The notes: generated from the letters alone by a model not told the origin. Positions 38,203-51,158 are shown, counted from the stretch's first letter. The stretch: 54,955 bases of DNA from Catajapyx aquilonaris (GCA_000934665.2 KZ538674.1:1-54955); one strand, 5' to 3'. Made by a program: numbers and translations.

Positions 38203-39877
38203 CTGTGCATATATACCTATAGAGACCCCATCTTTTCCTGAGCCCAATGCACCGTGCGAATGCCTTCTCGAGAAAGCTTGTACGCATCTTATCAGTTGGC
38301 CGATGCATGAAACGACCCCGGTCCCCCTTCTCGTCATTTGCCGAGGGTGTTTTCCAAGCAGCACCCCAGCCGCCTTCTGATCTAAGTAAGAGCTGAAATT
38401 ACTCTGTGACGAAGGAATGGAAGGCATGTTCCTGCAGGCTATTTGCCTCCTTCAGGCGTCACCAGAACACTACTGTGGAGACCTTAGATCTTCCCCAGTT
38501 GTGTTTTCAGAGAGCACAGATTAGAAACCTGAGAAGGTCATACTATACAGATGCTTCTGTAAACTAATCAGGGTAAGAGACCTGTTGTTTTACATGTACA
38601 TGGAGCGAAAATTTGGGACGGCGAAAGTGGTTCGATACACAAAGGAGGGTTCGCACGTGCGGATTATTCATTTTGGCAACCAAAGGAAAGCTCAAAAACA
38701 ACCCTCTGGGCAAACAGGAGGGGATGATGAGGCAGTGGTTGAGCACAGGAGATAAGGCTTGAAGGAGAGTGTACACGAACACCTTCCTTCCCCTCTCATG
38801 TTCCAAGTCTCCGGATTTGCACTCTTTGTTTGTTCTCCTGAGATCGAGTTTTCATGCGGGGAGGAAACACTAGGAAACACTGGAGGTAGTCGTAGGACAC
38901 ACACGTATCATTCAATGGTGTTTTTAGGTAAAATATAGCCATGACACTGAGTTACTGGGATATGTTTATTAACATAATGCGTTTGCATTGTTTATAGCAG
39001 AATACACTCACAACTCATCTCTGGATGCAGTGCATGTGACCCTCCATGTACCGCTCTGGACAGGTGGGTTTGCCGCAGAGTGAAATATTAAATTACATTA
39101 TCCATTAACGCCGCGTAGTGGAGCGGGAATATTAAATCACCCCGCGGTACAGTTGGGTGGAAATTAAAACGAGAACGTTAAAATAAACGGGGAGAAATGC
39201 AAGGCAGGAGCACATTTATCGCATTTTCTGTACAATTTCCCGACCTCGAGAGTGACTTACAGGCTCCGGAAAAGCAAGGTACTCTCAGAGCAAATTGAGG
39301 ACGGAAATGTCGCAGCGTAATAATTTGCATACCCATTTGTACGTTCCGGTTTCCATTCTGCAGCTTGTACATCACACAAACTTCAAACCCTGTTTCCTCA
39401 CATATACCCCGGATTATTTTGAGGGGGGGAGTAGGCCTTATAGGGGGGGCTATACATTTACAACCGAGCTTAATTATAGGTTGTTTACGCAAGTTGAAAC
39501 CTTCCCTCCCCACTCTGGCCCCCTAGGGGCTCGTAACTTCCCTCCCAGTAACATGTCATGTTCCATAAACAGTCGATGATACTGCATTCACAAAATTGCA
39601 TCAGAATAGAGCCAAGGGTCGGAGAGTTGGGCGGATGTGTTTACTGTCCTCTGAGGGAATGGAGTTAATGTCGTTGGCCTCCCTTCTTAGAGCCCGGGCA
39701 GGCTTAATTGGCTCAAGTCGAGGATTGCACCTTAGTGGGGCATGAATCTGCATGCGATCATGGGGAAGGCCTGCTGGATGATTTCTGGGGTCCTAGCCAT
39801 GTGTTGCCGGCCTTAGAATATAGAAATTTTAGGATGATCTCTACTACGCGACGAAGAAGTCCGCTAAACCCGGTTAA

Positions 39878-39972
39878 ACCAAAGAACGATCTGACGTCAC
39901 GTTCAGTCCCGCCTCCCGAATCACTGCGCATGCTCAGAAAACACCTGCTGTGACGTCAGACCGTTCTTTCTC
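39878..39972. mobile_element. Short TTAA-flanked MITE (Kolobok/piggyBac-type target)
   Basis: TTAA|ACC-AAAGAACGATCTGACGTCAC ... GTGACGTCAGACCGTTCTTT-CTC|TTAA; 19/20 arms; TGCGCATG in the loop. Confidence 0.7.
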
Positions 39973-42456
39973 TTAACCTCGACGAACAAACACGGACCAA
40001 CATTTTAAGATTTTTTTTCAAAAAATCTATAAATCATAAATGAATGCGGTTTTCGTCACATTCACAAGCAAAACTCGCAGAATTCAACACAAACATCACA
40101 TGCTGAAGTACTTTGTCGGACTTTTCCGTATGAAGTCATCTTCCGGCGGCCTTATTGGAAAAAGTTCTATGCACAATGATAGAGATTGTATGAAGTCTAG
40201 CTCAATTATTATGGGAATTTAGTAATTAGTTAGATCGCGATCAGGTTCTCAGCAATATTCTGCATAGGTTAGTTTTTTTGATCCCGTATAAAAGGACTGT
40301 ACGTTTTATGGCGCCACGTAATAAAGATCTTCCAAATTTTACACGCCTCAAAACGATGTTAGTGTGACATCCATCTTTTTTTACAGGAATTCGCCTTATA
40401 AGCGTTCTAGAAAAGCTTTTATCTGTCGGAATATTTTTACAGAAGTCAGTCCCCCCAGCTTATGTGATTGTCTTTTCACGAAAGGCCTTTATTCGACACC
40501 CCCCTTCACTTCAGGAAGGACTTTATCAAATTCGGGTTGAAGGCTTGGGGTGTCTCGAAATGGATGGGGGGAGAATTAATTATCGAGCTGCAAAAGTGCT
40601 CTGGCGATTTTCAAAATCCATCTTCTCACTTGGATTGAGCTAAAATGAAGCATGGAGGGGAGGGTAGTTTCAATAGACTGTGGGTAGAGATGCATTAAAA
40701 CATGTCCGGGTCCATTGATGGAAAGGGTTGACTCAAAGGGAAGGGGGTCCACAATACAAGAGAGAGCCTCCCGGGGGGAAAAAATACTTGCACTCATGTA
40801 TTCGCTTTGAGAGAACATCTTTTGACACGGTGTTACCACCCAAATTGTTATATACGACTCGGATTTTTGTGGCTAGGAAACTAATAGCTTCCTGACCAAC
40901 CTTGCCAAAAAAAAAAAAAGTCAATAGGGCTTGACCTGGAAAATCAGCGGGGTCCTTGACATGGTTGAGTGGGTTGTGGCGAAGGGTTACAAATATTTTA
41001 GTTACACCCGTAGTTTCGGGTTGTTTGGTCCTACTTAGTCCTCAGAGGGGCTTAACTCTGATCTCTAATTAATCAGGACTAGGAGTCACGTGCAATGGCG
41101 GACCAATCAGAGCAATGGCCGTGTCCAAAAAAAATCCCAGGTTGTGCTGACGCCATCTGATATTCTGGGTATCTGGACAATATCCTGGCTTTTGAAACTC
41201 TTCCTGTGGGGGCCCTTTTTTGGCGAGAGCTTCATGAATCGAACAAGGACGCGCGGCCATGAACCGAAGGAAATCAATGCGGAATTTTGTGCTGAGCAGG
41301 CAAGAAAAGAAGCTGGCAAAGATAGCGAATATATATTTAAAAAAAGTGCAGGAAAAGGCGAGGAGAAGAAAACAAAGAAGGGTACACTCAGGACCAGACC
41401 CGTGGGTTTGCCCATCTGAAAGTAGCAGTTCAATTTCAAAGCGGTTCCCTCTGGAGGTTGGTTCTGAAAGGAAAGGGGAAAAGGCTAACTGGAAGCTGCT
41501 ACACTATTTTTTATTTTTTTTAAAATGGCATTTAATTTTGGATTGTAGTGTACACATGCCTATTGAATCGCTATAAATCAAGCCTAGGCAGGGGTTCCGG
41601 ACACTAGCCATTCCCAGTTCCGATGGATTAATGTGAGCTGAGGGAGGATTTTGTCCACTGGAGAAGGATCCAATAGTATAGCCTCTATAGAGATAGAGAA
41701 ATATTTAAGCATGACTGCATATAAAATGTAGGATATATGCACAGCATATTTATTGATTCCAAATGGATTCCTTTTCATCCTCACCCAAAAAAGCTGGCCT
41801 ATGTGCATATTGGCCCAAAGTAGGAAGTATTTTGGCACTTTGGAGCGGGGAATTGCCATGCAAACAGTCTCGGTTACCGCAGCAAAGCGATTTGGAAATT
41901 CCACCATTTGAAGGGTTGGTCACCCCCCCCCCCCCCCCNCCGCCCTCCATTTCGCTGAATTCGAAACTCCTAGAGCCAAACTGCGAATTGTCATCGAGAG
42001 AGAGAAAAATAGCTTCGAAAACCCAACTAACTATTGCGGGTCTCAAATTGCTGCAGTTTGCTATTTTTTTTTTGTCATTAATTTAATTTTTTGTCGTCCC
42101 ATAGCCGTTATTCCCAGCTGGTGTATTCATTTTTACTGGTGCACTGTACAATCAAACGGTATTGGATGCTTTTGAATTGGAAGATATTTTTGGGCCGCCC
42201 CTGACAATTATTGTGGCTCTAATAAATTTATGTGACAAAAACAGAGGGTTAAGTTCGTGTTTTTTTTTGCTGCGGAGTAACAAATGGTTAGCGACCCATT
42301 GATGCTCATGTAATCATTCCATTCTTTTTTAACGTGGTAACATAACCAGATACTGAGAGTGGTTCAGTCGATTCCAATTGCCACTAAAGAACAACACATT
42401 GTAGGGGGGGAAATAACATTTCTGGTCATATCATTGTTTAGAATTGGTGAACTCGG

Positions 42457-42609
42457 TGCCAAAATTTAGCAAAACCTCAGTGATGAGATGGCCCACCGAT
42501 TTACCATGTAGTACTCTTCTTCGTGGATAGATAGCGCTGACTTCCTCTGCACTCCTGCCACCCTCGGGCAGTGCGATACTATCAGGTCGGACAAACATCC
42601 GACGGAGAG
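42457..42609 (+). repeat. Dispersed repeat family C, copy 2
   Basis: Colinear similarity to 18327-18504. Confidence 0.85.
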
Positions 42610-43649
42610 CCAAGTTACATTTGCTCTAGATGCAGTACTTTACCTTAGCATCAGTCACATCCGACTGCCCTGTTTTATAGCTCCGTATGCGGACTTTAAA
42701 ATGCCAATCTCAGCCAAAATATGCGTATTTCCTGGCAAGTAACACAACATCAAGGATCCTGGCAATATGGCGGATATGTTCCCATCTAGGCGCCTATCTG
42801 CTTCCAAATCCCCGCAGGAGACTGCTACTGGTGAAAAGTCACATCTTCCTCTTACACAAAGTAGTTTAGGTCTGGGTAGCTGGGATGAAGAATCCTGCAC
42901 ATGCATGGAAACACCCTCATCTTGCCATCTCCTGAACCATTTTTCATGACTCCCAATCCGGGGGTCTACGCCATCGTCGCAAATCCTCCATTTTTTTTTA
43001 CTACCCTCTAGGGTCCTCTTTAAGTGTTTCTCAATATGTATAAGAAAACTGCAAAGGACATAATTGGTCCTGGGAGTTACAGAATCAATGACAGTTCGAT
43101 AGCACAATTTCTGCTGGGGGAATTTTAAAAATGTGTACATAATCGATTTTGTACTTCCGGGTTTTTTTTTTTTCTTTCGGATGGGGACAGGATTAAAAAC
43201 CGCACCCATGTTCCTAGCTGAAACCACTTAAAGTTTTATCGAGGGTGGCTTAACCAATCGCGTTTAATATATGGATGATGGCAAGAAGTTTTGTGGAGAG
43301 AAGTATTTTTTTTTAGCTTTCCCCTCACCCTTGGCTAGGCTTGTGGTGATGAATGATTACTTTAGTCAAGCCAGATGGGGAGGGAGAGAAAAAAAAGGGG
43401 TTATTTCCACACGATAAAGAACATTTGGGAACGATGGAGCATTAAGGGTAAATCCAACAAACGCAGTGGCTGGGCATAAGAAATATGTGGCGGTTGCAAT
43501 TTTTCGTTGGGGATATCGGAGGCGGATTTGCGGCGACAACGTAGGGCTGTTGACCCAAATGGTCATGATGATTCATCCTGAGAAGTATGCAACAGCACCT
43601 CTGCGCAATTGGAAGTATAACAGTCAGGATCAAATTGTCTGCGGATATA

Positions 43650-43764
43650 GTACCGTATAAGCAAATCGTATAGGTGGTATCCGCTGAAGATAGGGCTGTA
43701 TCCGCAAGGAAGGTTAGGTTAGGTCCGGTTGCGGGTACCACCTTCGATTTGCTTATATGCGTAC
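43650..43764. mobile_element. MITE-like inverted repeat with AGGTTAGGTTAGG in the spacer
   Basis: TATAAGCAAATCG-TAT-AGGTGGTATCCGC / GCGGGTACCACCT-T-CGATTTGCTTATA. Confidence 0.65.
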
Positions 43765-45709
43765 CGTATAAAACAAGTGTGATTCGAGTCGACTTTTTCT
43801 CAATTTGGTTTAAAACCAGGAACCGGCTGCTTAATTAAAGCCAGCAGGAACGACCGTAAGTGGACATTTGAATTCATGCTTTCAGCAACTTGGCCCCGGA
43901 GAATCCCCCGCATATATTTGTGACATCCGTAAAATTGGTCTGACGGCTTTTAATGGGCTAGGAGACTACAGTGTAATACCGTGTCTTCTCGTTTCTACCT
44001 CGCTTTGTTGGACTCGGGCAGATATTGCTGATCTTTGCCTGGTGCTTTCTCCCTCAGATAATGAGAACCTAATGTAACCTAATGTAATCAGCGCTATCTC
44101 AGCATCGCACCCCCCCAAAAAATGAACCCCCGGCGCACTTAAAACGTGGCAACACAATTTCAGACATCGCATTTTACGCCTCTTTGATGCGGAAATTTGA
44201 GTAAGAGGATCGCAAACAGAATTTAGCATTTTCCAGAATAAACGCATATTTTTCAGTTTCTGTGTGAGTGGGGGTTCGCTCCTTGCACAACCCGGTTTTC
44301 TCCTCGGTTTTAGAGAGAAGCTTGGTCACGCCATGTGAATAGAAGCCTCCCCACCACCACCTACCAGGGGTCTGCTTTTAATGCACTTTCAATGTAATGC
44401 AGAGGAAAAGAGGAGCCTTGGGAAGTGCGATTTTAATAATGGATGGTTCCCCGGATTATATGTCTACAAGGCGGCCCCGAGGAATGATGAGAGTTATTTT
44501 TGCAAGCGCAGCTTTCCGGATGTACGGTACGTAAATATGGCCCACAGGAAAGTCGTAAACTGCGCTGTGGGAGAGATTACGCGATTTTTTTTTCCACCCT
44601 CTGATACATGAAATGTAATTTGCGAACGTCTCCACACTATCTAGTATGCACATTTCAAATTGGGTTGATAATATTTGGAGGAAATTAATTCCAGTTTTAG
44701 GCAAAAATAAATATTGGCTGACCTTAGTGCATATCTTCCCTAGTCTCTCTCTTTCTCATGGCTGCTCTTACCCTGCATATTAATGATGTCATTTGCAAGC
44801 ATCCGAACCGTGGCGACAAGAAAACCCTTTCGCCACCCTCAAACAAAAGGTTCTTTGTGCCAAAAGCGTGATGAGGATCACCTACCTTTTCTCTCTTCCT
44901 TACAACCCTTCTTCAAGCAGCGAAAAAGTCGATATCTACACAACGTGCACGAATTTATACACGTTGCCAAATGATTCGCGGGAGGAAAAAAATCTATCAT
45001 TCCCTAGGCAGGGTTACAATCTTGGAAATTGTTGGCCATGATGCTATTTTCTGCAGCCTCCCTGGCAATCTTTTGATGCTCACCAGCTTCCTTATAGTAT
45101 AGTATATCTGGAGGCTATCGATTATGGTCGTAAGTTGGATGTGGGCGAATCAAGTTTTGGCGGTGAAAAAGATACTATACGGGTATGACAGATTGTTGGC
45201 ATTTTGGATATACCTGGGGATCTTGCAAGTTGTGGCCTTTAGGCTTCTTGTGAGGCGATTTGTCACTAGGTCATTAGGTTCAGGAGACATTTTCACGCGG
45301 GGGGTGTTCCGTTTGGGCTGCCAAGACGCCAGGTCATTTGGTTCACAAGGCATTTTTGTTCCGGTCGGATCCTCCTGGTCTTTTGTCCCTGTCGGATGGG
45401 TTCCCATGGCTGCGCGTCGGGCGTTATTTTCTACCAGAACGTTCGCTGTTTGAAATGGAAACGTCTGATTAGCTGATTTGGATGTTCGTTTAAATTCCAT
45501 GCTCATGACAATTGTTGTCATGTTTCACGTCCAATTTGTCAATGTACTAGTAGCCATCTGCTGTGTTCGCATGCATCTTATCGATGCCACCGAGACATTT
45601 CACTGTCAACCGTGTTTGCAAAGTGATTACAATCATGTGCATGGATTAAGCCGAAATTTTCCGGGACACGATATGTCTCCATTAATTGCAAACCTCTTAC
45701 CACTACTTA

Positions 45710-45742
45710 GGGTCGTGGGTTCGGGCCCTAACCTGGGCCCTA
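45710..45742 (+). pseudogene. Degenerate tRNA-Lys(CTT) 3'-half copy (left arm of palindrome)
   Basis: GGGTCGTGGGTTCGGGCCCTAACCTGGGCCCTA versus the canonical animal tRNA-Lys(CTT) 3' end GGGTCGTGGGTTCGAGCCCCACGTTGGGCGCCA (recalled, not searched). Confidence 0.75.
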
Positions 45743-45743
45743 T

Positions 45744-45784
45744 TGTGACGACCCCAAGCACTGGGCGTACCCGGGGTCGTCACA
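45744..45784. mobile_element. 41-bp TG...CA LTR-terminus remnant
   Basis: TGTGACGACCCC-17 nt-GGGGTCGTCACA; same terminus as the element at 31330; followed after 1 nt by a PBS. Confidence 0.7.
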
Positions 45785-45785
45785 A

Positions 45786-45818
45786 TGGCGCCCAACGTGG
45801 GGCCCGAACCCACGACCC
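45786..45818 (-). pseudogene. tRNA-Lys(CTT) 3'-half copy including CCA (perfect 18-nt Lys1,2 primer-binding site plus 15-nt extension)
   Basis: + strand TGGCGCCCAACGTGGGGC is the canonical tRNA-Lys1,2 PBS and continues C-CGAACCCACGACCC, i.e. 32/33 identity to the reverse complement of the mature tRNA 3' end. The 5' half of the tRNA is absent, so this is not a functional tRNA gene. Confidence 0.9.
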
Positions 45819-48526
45819 AGAAATCTTGCAGTTAGTACCAACGATGTACAACGTGCTAATCCCCTTGGATTTTGATGGCTGTCCTGTCGACATTCGGACA
45901 ATTAAATGTCCTCTCCCACCCAACCTGGCTCATTTGCACGAGGTCAATTTCCTCCGGCCGCGGTTCGCGGCTGCGAAAAATCGTTTGAAACGGGTTTCAA
46001 ACAGCATTTTCCAACCGGCCACAGTGTGAGCATGTAAATTTAGTGGGGCAAGAATTCCGGGTGCGGACGTGCTTCTTGCGTCATTAATTATAACAACCGT
46101 GGAAAACAAACAGTTCCCCCCCAGTAGTAATTTGCCCATTGGGCATACCAACAATCGAGCAGTCTCTTTTTTAACGTATATGTTTAAATGATCTCGTTCC
46201 ATTGCAGGTGTAATCGCACACAATAGACCTCCGGGTAATTAGGCTCCAGGCTGTATTTAACCCCCCCTGCAAATATGTCGATTTATGTTATCCGGGGTGT
46301 AATGTCCCTTGCAGTTACTTCAGCTCGATATTCGGCCAATTACACGCCAAGTATTCCAGGGGAAAAAGGGTTCATTTTGAGACCTCTTTTTAGCGTGCAA
46401 GAAAAAAAAAATCGAATCGCATTTTAGGCGTTGCTCAGATAATCGCATCAAAGTAATCGTTTCAAAAAAAAAAAAAAAAAAAAAATCCTCTGGGCGTAAA
46501 GTCAGCTGTGTTAGAAGTGATTACAGTGGTGGTGGGCAAAAGCACGTCTAATCAAAATCCGGGGGTAGCACAGGGACTAGAGGGAGACCCGGAGGTGTCC
46601 GGATGATGTAACAAAGTTGTACTTACCTGCAGTACTCATGAGACTTGTACTGCGGTTGGATGATTTATCAGGTTTTTTGGAGCTTAGGGGTAGGGGGGAA
46701 GGTGAGAAATTCGGCAATGTAGCTGATTGGACCAGAACTGACGGATTTTGCAATTGGCTGACCATCCTGTTGATTGGACCACTTTTCAGATGATCTGAAC
46801 TGTAATACTGGTTCCAGATTGGCTTAAACAAGGTGAAGACATTACAACATAGATTTTGCCGAACTATGCAATAAAAATGCAAATGACCCCGAGGAATGAC
46901 CTTTTTTTTGATCCAGAACACCATTTTGGCCCGGTTGGTGGAAAAGTTATTAAGTGTAAATGCGGCTTATTTTCTCGGCCACCTTTTATCGCGCAGGAGA
47001 CCCCCTAGGTTTATATCTGCCCTCAGCTTGCCCTGCAGAAAAGGCTAATTATCCTACCATGATAATGAACTTTCCTTGGGCGCAATTAAGGCTTATTATT
47101 AATCGAGGCCAAGCAATAAAAGAGGAGAGTTCCGTCATGAAACTTGGCAAAAAAAAATTTGTTGGAGAGGACTTGCTCTTTGCAAAGGAAAAAAAAAGAA
47201 GAAGTACTGCATAAGTTTTGCCTGGAATAGAACTCTGGAAGGAAACAGACGAGTCTTCGTTTGCCGGCAAGAAAACCTAATTGCTTTGCAGATAACAAGG
47301 AGACGGAACACTTATGCGCAAATTAGTAGTAAAAGTTTTCAAGCCTCGCTTCATTTTCGGAGACGCATTTGTCAGCCGTTTACGGGGGAAAGTAATTAAA
47401 TAAACACGGATTAGAGAATAAATCTTCCGGAATTGGCGTTCCAAACCATTGTTTTTGCTACTTTTTTAAGGGGGGGGGAGGAAAAAAAGGAAGGTTACTT
47501 TTCTGGGGACTGGTGTGAGGAATTTGGAAGTAATGAAATAGGACATGTTTGTGCCTTTAAAAATCCAAAAAAAGTTTGTTATTCACTGTTGACAATTTTT
47601 TTTCGGTTGAAAATTTGCAATGTCGTACTAACACTGATGGTGAATATTTTAATATTCGTTCCGCATACCAGCGTTAATGAGGCATATGTTTCACGCCAGG
47701 CTCGTATCGTATTACCATTTACGTCATTGGCAGCACTATGTTTTTGGCAGGTTGTTGTGGTCCACAATACTAATTGAGTAAGCTGTAAGTGAAACCCCAC
47801 GCAAATGTTGAACGCTGTTTAAAAACATTTATATTTACCTTCAAACACTATGAGGACAAAATAAAGAAAATGGCATCTGGCACACACCTTTTTTTTTGCG
47901 ATTGTTTCGTATTGTTCAATTTGACAATCGTATATAAGAAAAAGGGCTGGAGATAAGAGGGTGGGGTTCGGAGAAGAAGACATCGACTATTCTGGGCAGG
48001 TTGAAAAAGTTTTCTCGCCTGTCAGAATAACAGAAATGCCTCTCTCCTCAGCCTCTCGCCATCAAAATGTGAGATTCCAAGAACAGAAAAGGCTGCAAAA
48101 AAACCGAACCTGAAGGAGGTTGAACCAGAGGAGTATATAAAAAAGGAGGGTACGACTGATTGATGATCTCCTTATTCTTGCGGTGCTGGTACAGTACTTT
48201 CCTTCAAGTTCATTCTGCGCCCCATTTCCTTCAGCGTGTCTCTTCGGAATTCTTTTAGGGGGTTGCCTTTCACATATTGGGACCGATCCAGACCTTGGCA
48301 GGAATGAATGAGGAAGCCACTCGCTTTGGTTGCAATCCGACATGTACACAGTCACCGCCTTTCAATTATTCGAGGGACTGATGTCCCTCTGAGCTTATGT
48401 GGACAACTAGGGAACGTGTGGTAGGTGTGGTGCTGAATAGTTAAATGTCTCGCGAGAAGGATACCAACATGTGTGGTATAACTCATTGTCGGCTCACCGT
48501 ATAGCTCTAGTTGGCGATATGTTATA

Positions 48527-48761
48527 CAGTGTTGGTCATACTGCTTGCGACATCTGTTGCGGCAGAAGTGCATATCGAAGTGTGAGCCGTGCGAGTAAAA
48601 GGTAAAAGGTAAAAGTGTGAGTAAAAGGTAAATCGTAAAAGTGCGAGTGACGTCACCCAAAGGCTACCATTTCTTACTCGCACGGCTCTATCACTTCGAT
48701 ATGCACGTCTGCCGCATCAGAAAATGTCGCTAGCTGTATGACGGAATTAATGCCCAGCACT
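48527..48761. mobile_element. Palindromic MITE family A, copy 4 (centre deleted and replaced by repetitive filler)
   Basis: TA|CAGTGTTGG-TCATACTGCTTGCGACAT ... AATGTCGCTAGCTGTATGACGGAATTAATGCCCAGCACT; the central hairpin is missing. Confidence 0.88.
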
Positions 48762-50761
48762 ACAATGCAGTTATTTCAATATGTGGACGCGGCAGGGTTC
48801 CATTTGGACTGTATTGTTTATGAGTAATCCCAGAAATTATGGAGCCCTCGGTGAAATTTGCGTGCAGTTGTTGAATTGGTTTCAATCATTAATTTCGACA
48901 TTAGAATATTATTAAATGGCAGCAGCAGGCATTTCTGGCACTGCGGATAGCGATGTTAATAATAATCTCACTTTTCCGCTTGGTTTATTACGTGGTGGAG
49001 TTATTTCCACCTGTTTTAAGCCAATTAATAAGTTTTTAACGGATCACTAACCAACGTTCGAAGGTTTGTGTGCCTGAGCGAACATTCCGGTTGTGTTAAC
49101 CCCCCGGTTTTTGGCAAGTGATGTACGGAAAACCTCAGTGGCGGAAGGGATATATAAGAGAGGGTGTGCTCTCCGGATTCACAAAGCCGTCCTTTGTTCT
49201 GAGACCGCAAGGAAAAGTCGTCTCATCCTTCCCCTTGGCTCGTTTGCATGGTAATCATTTCCTCTGCGGAAAACGAGATTGACCGTCTCTAATTTGAAGG
49301 CTGGCGTTGGCAGGGCCCAAGAGATAGAGACGTGATCCTCCCCAGCACCTTCTATGGACACGGATCCGGGAGATGTTCGGATTCAAAATTGCGAAAAATC
49401 TATGTCCGGAACCGGTCTTCCGGCCGGAATCAATCATGTGGATACGCTTTTTTTATATATAAAAAAAGAGAGAGAGAGAAAGAAGAGAGCCTATACCTTT
49501 TCAAAAGGGTGGCTCTCGGCACGTGGACTTGAATGTGGATGGGGTTGAATGGAGGCCCGAAATTTTTGTGAAGTTTTTGAGTCGGAAGAGGAAAATGGCG
49601 AAGTTTGCATGTAGTTATGTGAGGAAATTTGCTCGGATATTATTTTTGTAGAAAATTTTTCCCCCACTTTTAATATGTGTTACCTGCATAGTGATGTGTA
49701 TACACGAGCGGAAATATGCATAAATTTTTTAAAAACTTTTTGACCATTCAAAATGCAACTTTGATCCCTGCAGGTTAATAAATTACGACCGGTTTTTTTT
49801 GTCGGCCTAAAAATCAATGCAGCTTACGGTACAAACCTCGGTTTGAAAATTATGCGTAAATCCTCAGAATGACATGAACCATGTGCAAAACGCGAGCTGT
49901 AGCGAAAAGCCAGTCATATGGAAATATTGTTGCGTGCACTCTATAAATATTGCATGAATATTAATTCGAATGAGGGAGGGGTAGTCGTTTGCGTTCTGTT
50001 GACGCTTAATACGGAGATTTGATTTTTTTTTTTTTGTGAATCAATAATGCAGAGATTAGTTGCCGGAGTTTCCAGAAATTCTGAAAGCTTGAGTTATCTT
50101 CGTCTCTCCACACAGTTGTCAAAAGTAGGCCAGCGTTTGTTTTCCTTCTTCTTGTCAATCAATATTTCAGCTCCTAAGAAGGAAACTTTGCCTCCTTCTT
50201 TGCCTCTGCGAAATTTTGGCATTGTGAATAGCAGCCATATATTGTATTAATGTCAGTTCTTGTATTGTCAACATTAGACATGCCGCTAGAAATTCACTAT
50301 TACGTACCGGTATATGTCCTTTTAAAAAAAAACATGAGAAAAATTTACGCGTAGGGAAATTCCCCAGACAATTTGGTAATTCAGCGTCGCTTTCAACCCC
50401 TGACACTTAATGGTCCCCAAACATGAGCGCGACGGACAATTGCCCCGTAATTTCAAAGAGGGTGGGAAGGACTTGCAAGTTTGCGATAATCAGTTTTCTT
50501 CCCCCCTCTCCCCCCCCCCCCTTCCTCCACTGGCCTATATACGGGGCTGGAGGAGAAATGAGGAGAAGCTGGTCTTTTCTTTGATGCCCCCATTTGCTTG
50601 TCTTATGTGGCGACACGGAACGCGGGAGGAGTGGTAATTATTCCGGAGAGAAGTTCTTTTTGTCACAAGCCATGTGACATCACTGTCGAGGCTGGAGTAA
50701 AGGACGGTTTCTTATTAGGTAGCTACCAGCGACTTGATTGGTGGATAGCAATTATAGCGTC

Positions 50762-50792
50762 ACTATAGCAGGATACCCGGCATTGCTCGGGT
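50762..50792 (-). mobile_element. Helitron-like 3' terminus
   Basis: Minus strand reads ACCCGAGCAATGCCGGGT-ATCCTG-CTATAGT: a GC hairpin a few nt upstream of a degenerate CTAG|T end; the 5' TC end was not located. Confidence 0.45.
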
Positions 50793-51158
50793 TATGAAAG
50801 ACTTTACCATAGGATTTGGTATAGTTACCTTTGGAATAACCTACCTATACATATACATACATTTATTATGTTTGCATACCTGTAACATGGAGTATATTGC
50901 ATGTGCATGAAGTCCCTATTTTCTCTCTCGATCCCCGATTTCTCCCTCCCCGATCTCTCCCTCGAACGATGCTACGTCCGGGGTTCTTGCTTTCCTTCCT
51001 TTCGCCTCTGCCGCCAAGGATGACCTCGGAGGTCAAGTCCAATGTGCTAAAAACCTTCCCACTTAAAAACTACCCCTAATGATCCCCCTGGGGCATACGT
51101 CGAGGCCTCCGTATTGATTTGCATCGGGAACGCATCGACATATACGTCTTGAAATATA

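Noticed and set aside
45150..45521. ORF with repeated PTGTK / EPNDL peptides
   Set aside because: Explained by short DNA-level direct repeats (e.g. AGGTCATT(A/T)GGTTCA twice), more like decayed transposon subterminal repeats than protein repeats.
45706..45825. Functional tRNA-Lys gene
   Set aside because: Only the 3' half is present (no D-arm, A-box or anticodon), CCA is encoded and the B-box A is mutated.
238..48761. CRISPR array or other prokaryotic system
   Set aside because: Repeats are dispersed palindromes with TSDs, not regularly spaced repeat-spacer units; the DNA is gene-poor and eukaryotic in character.
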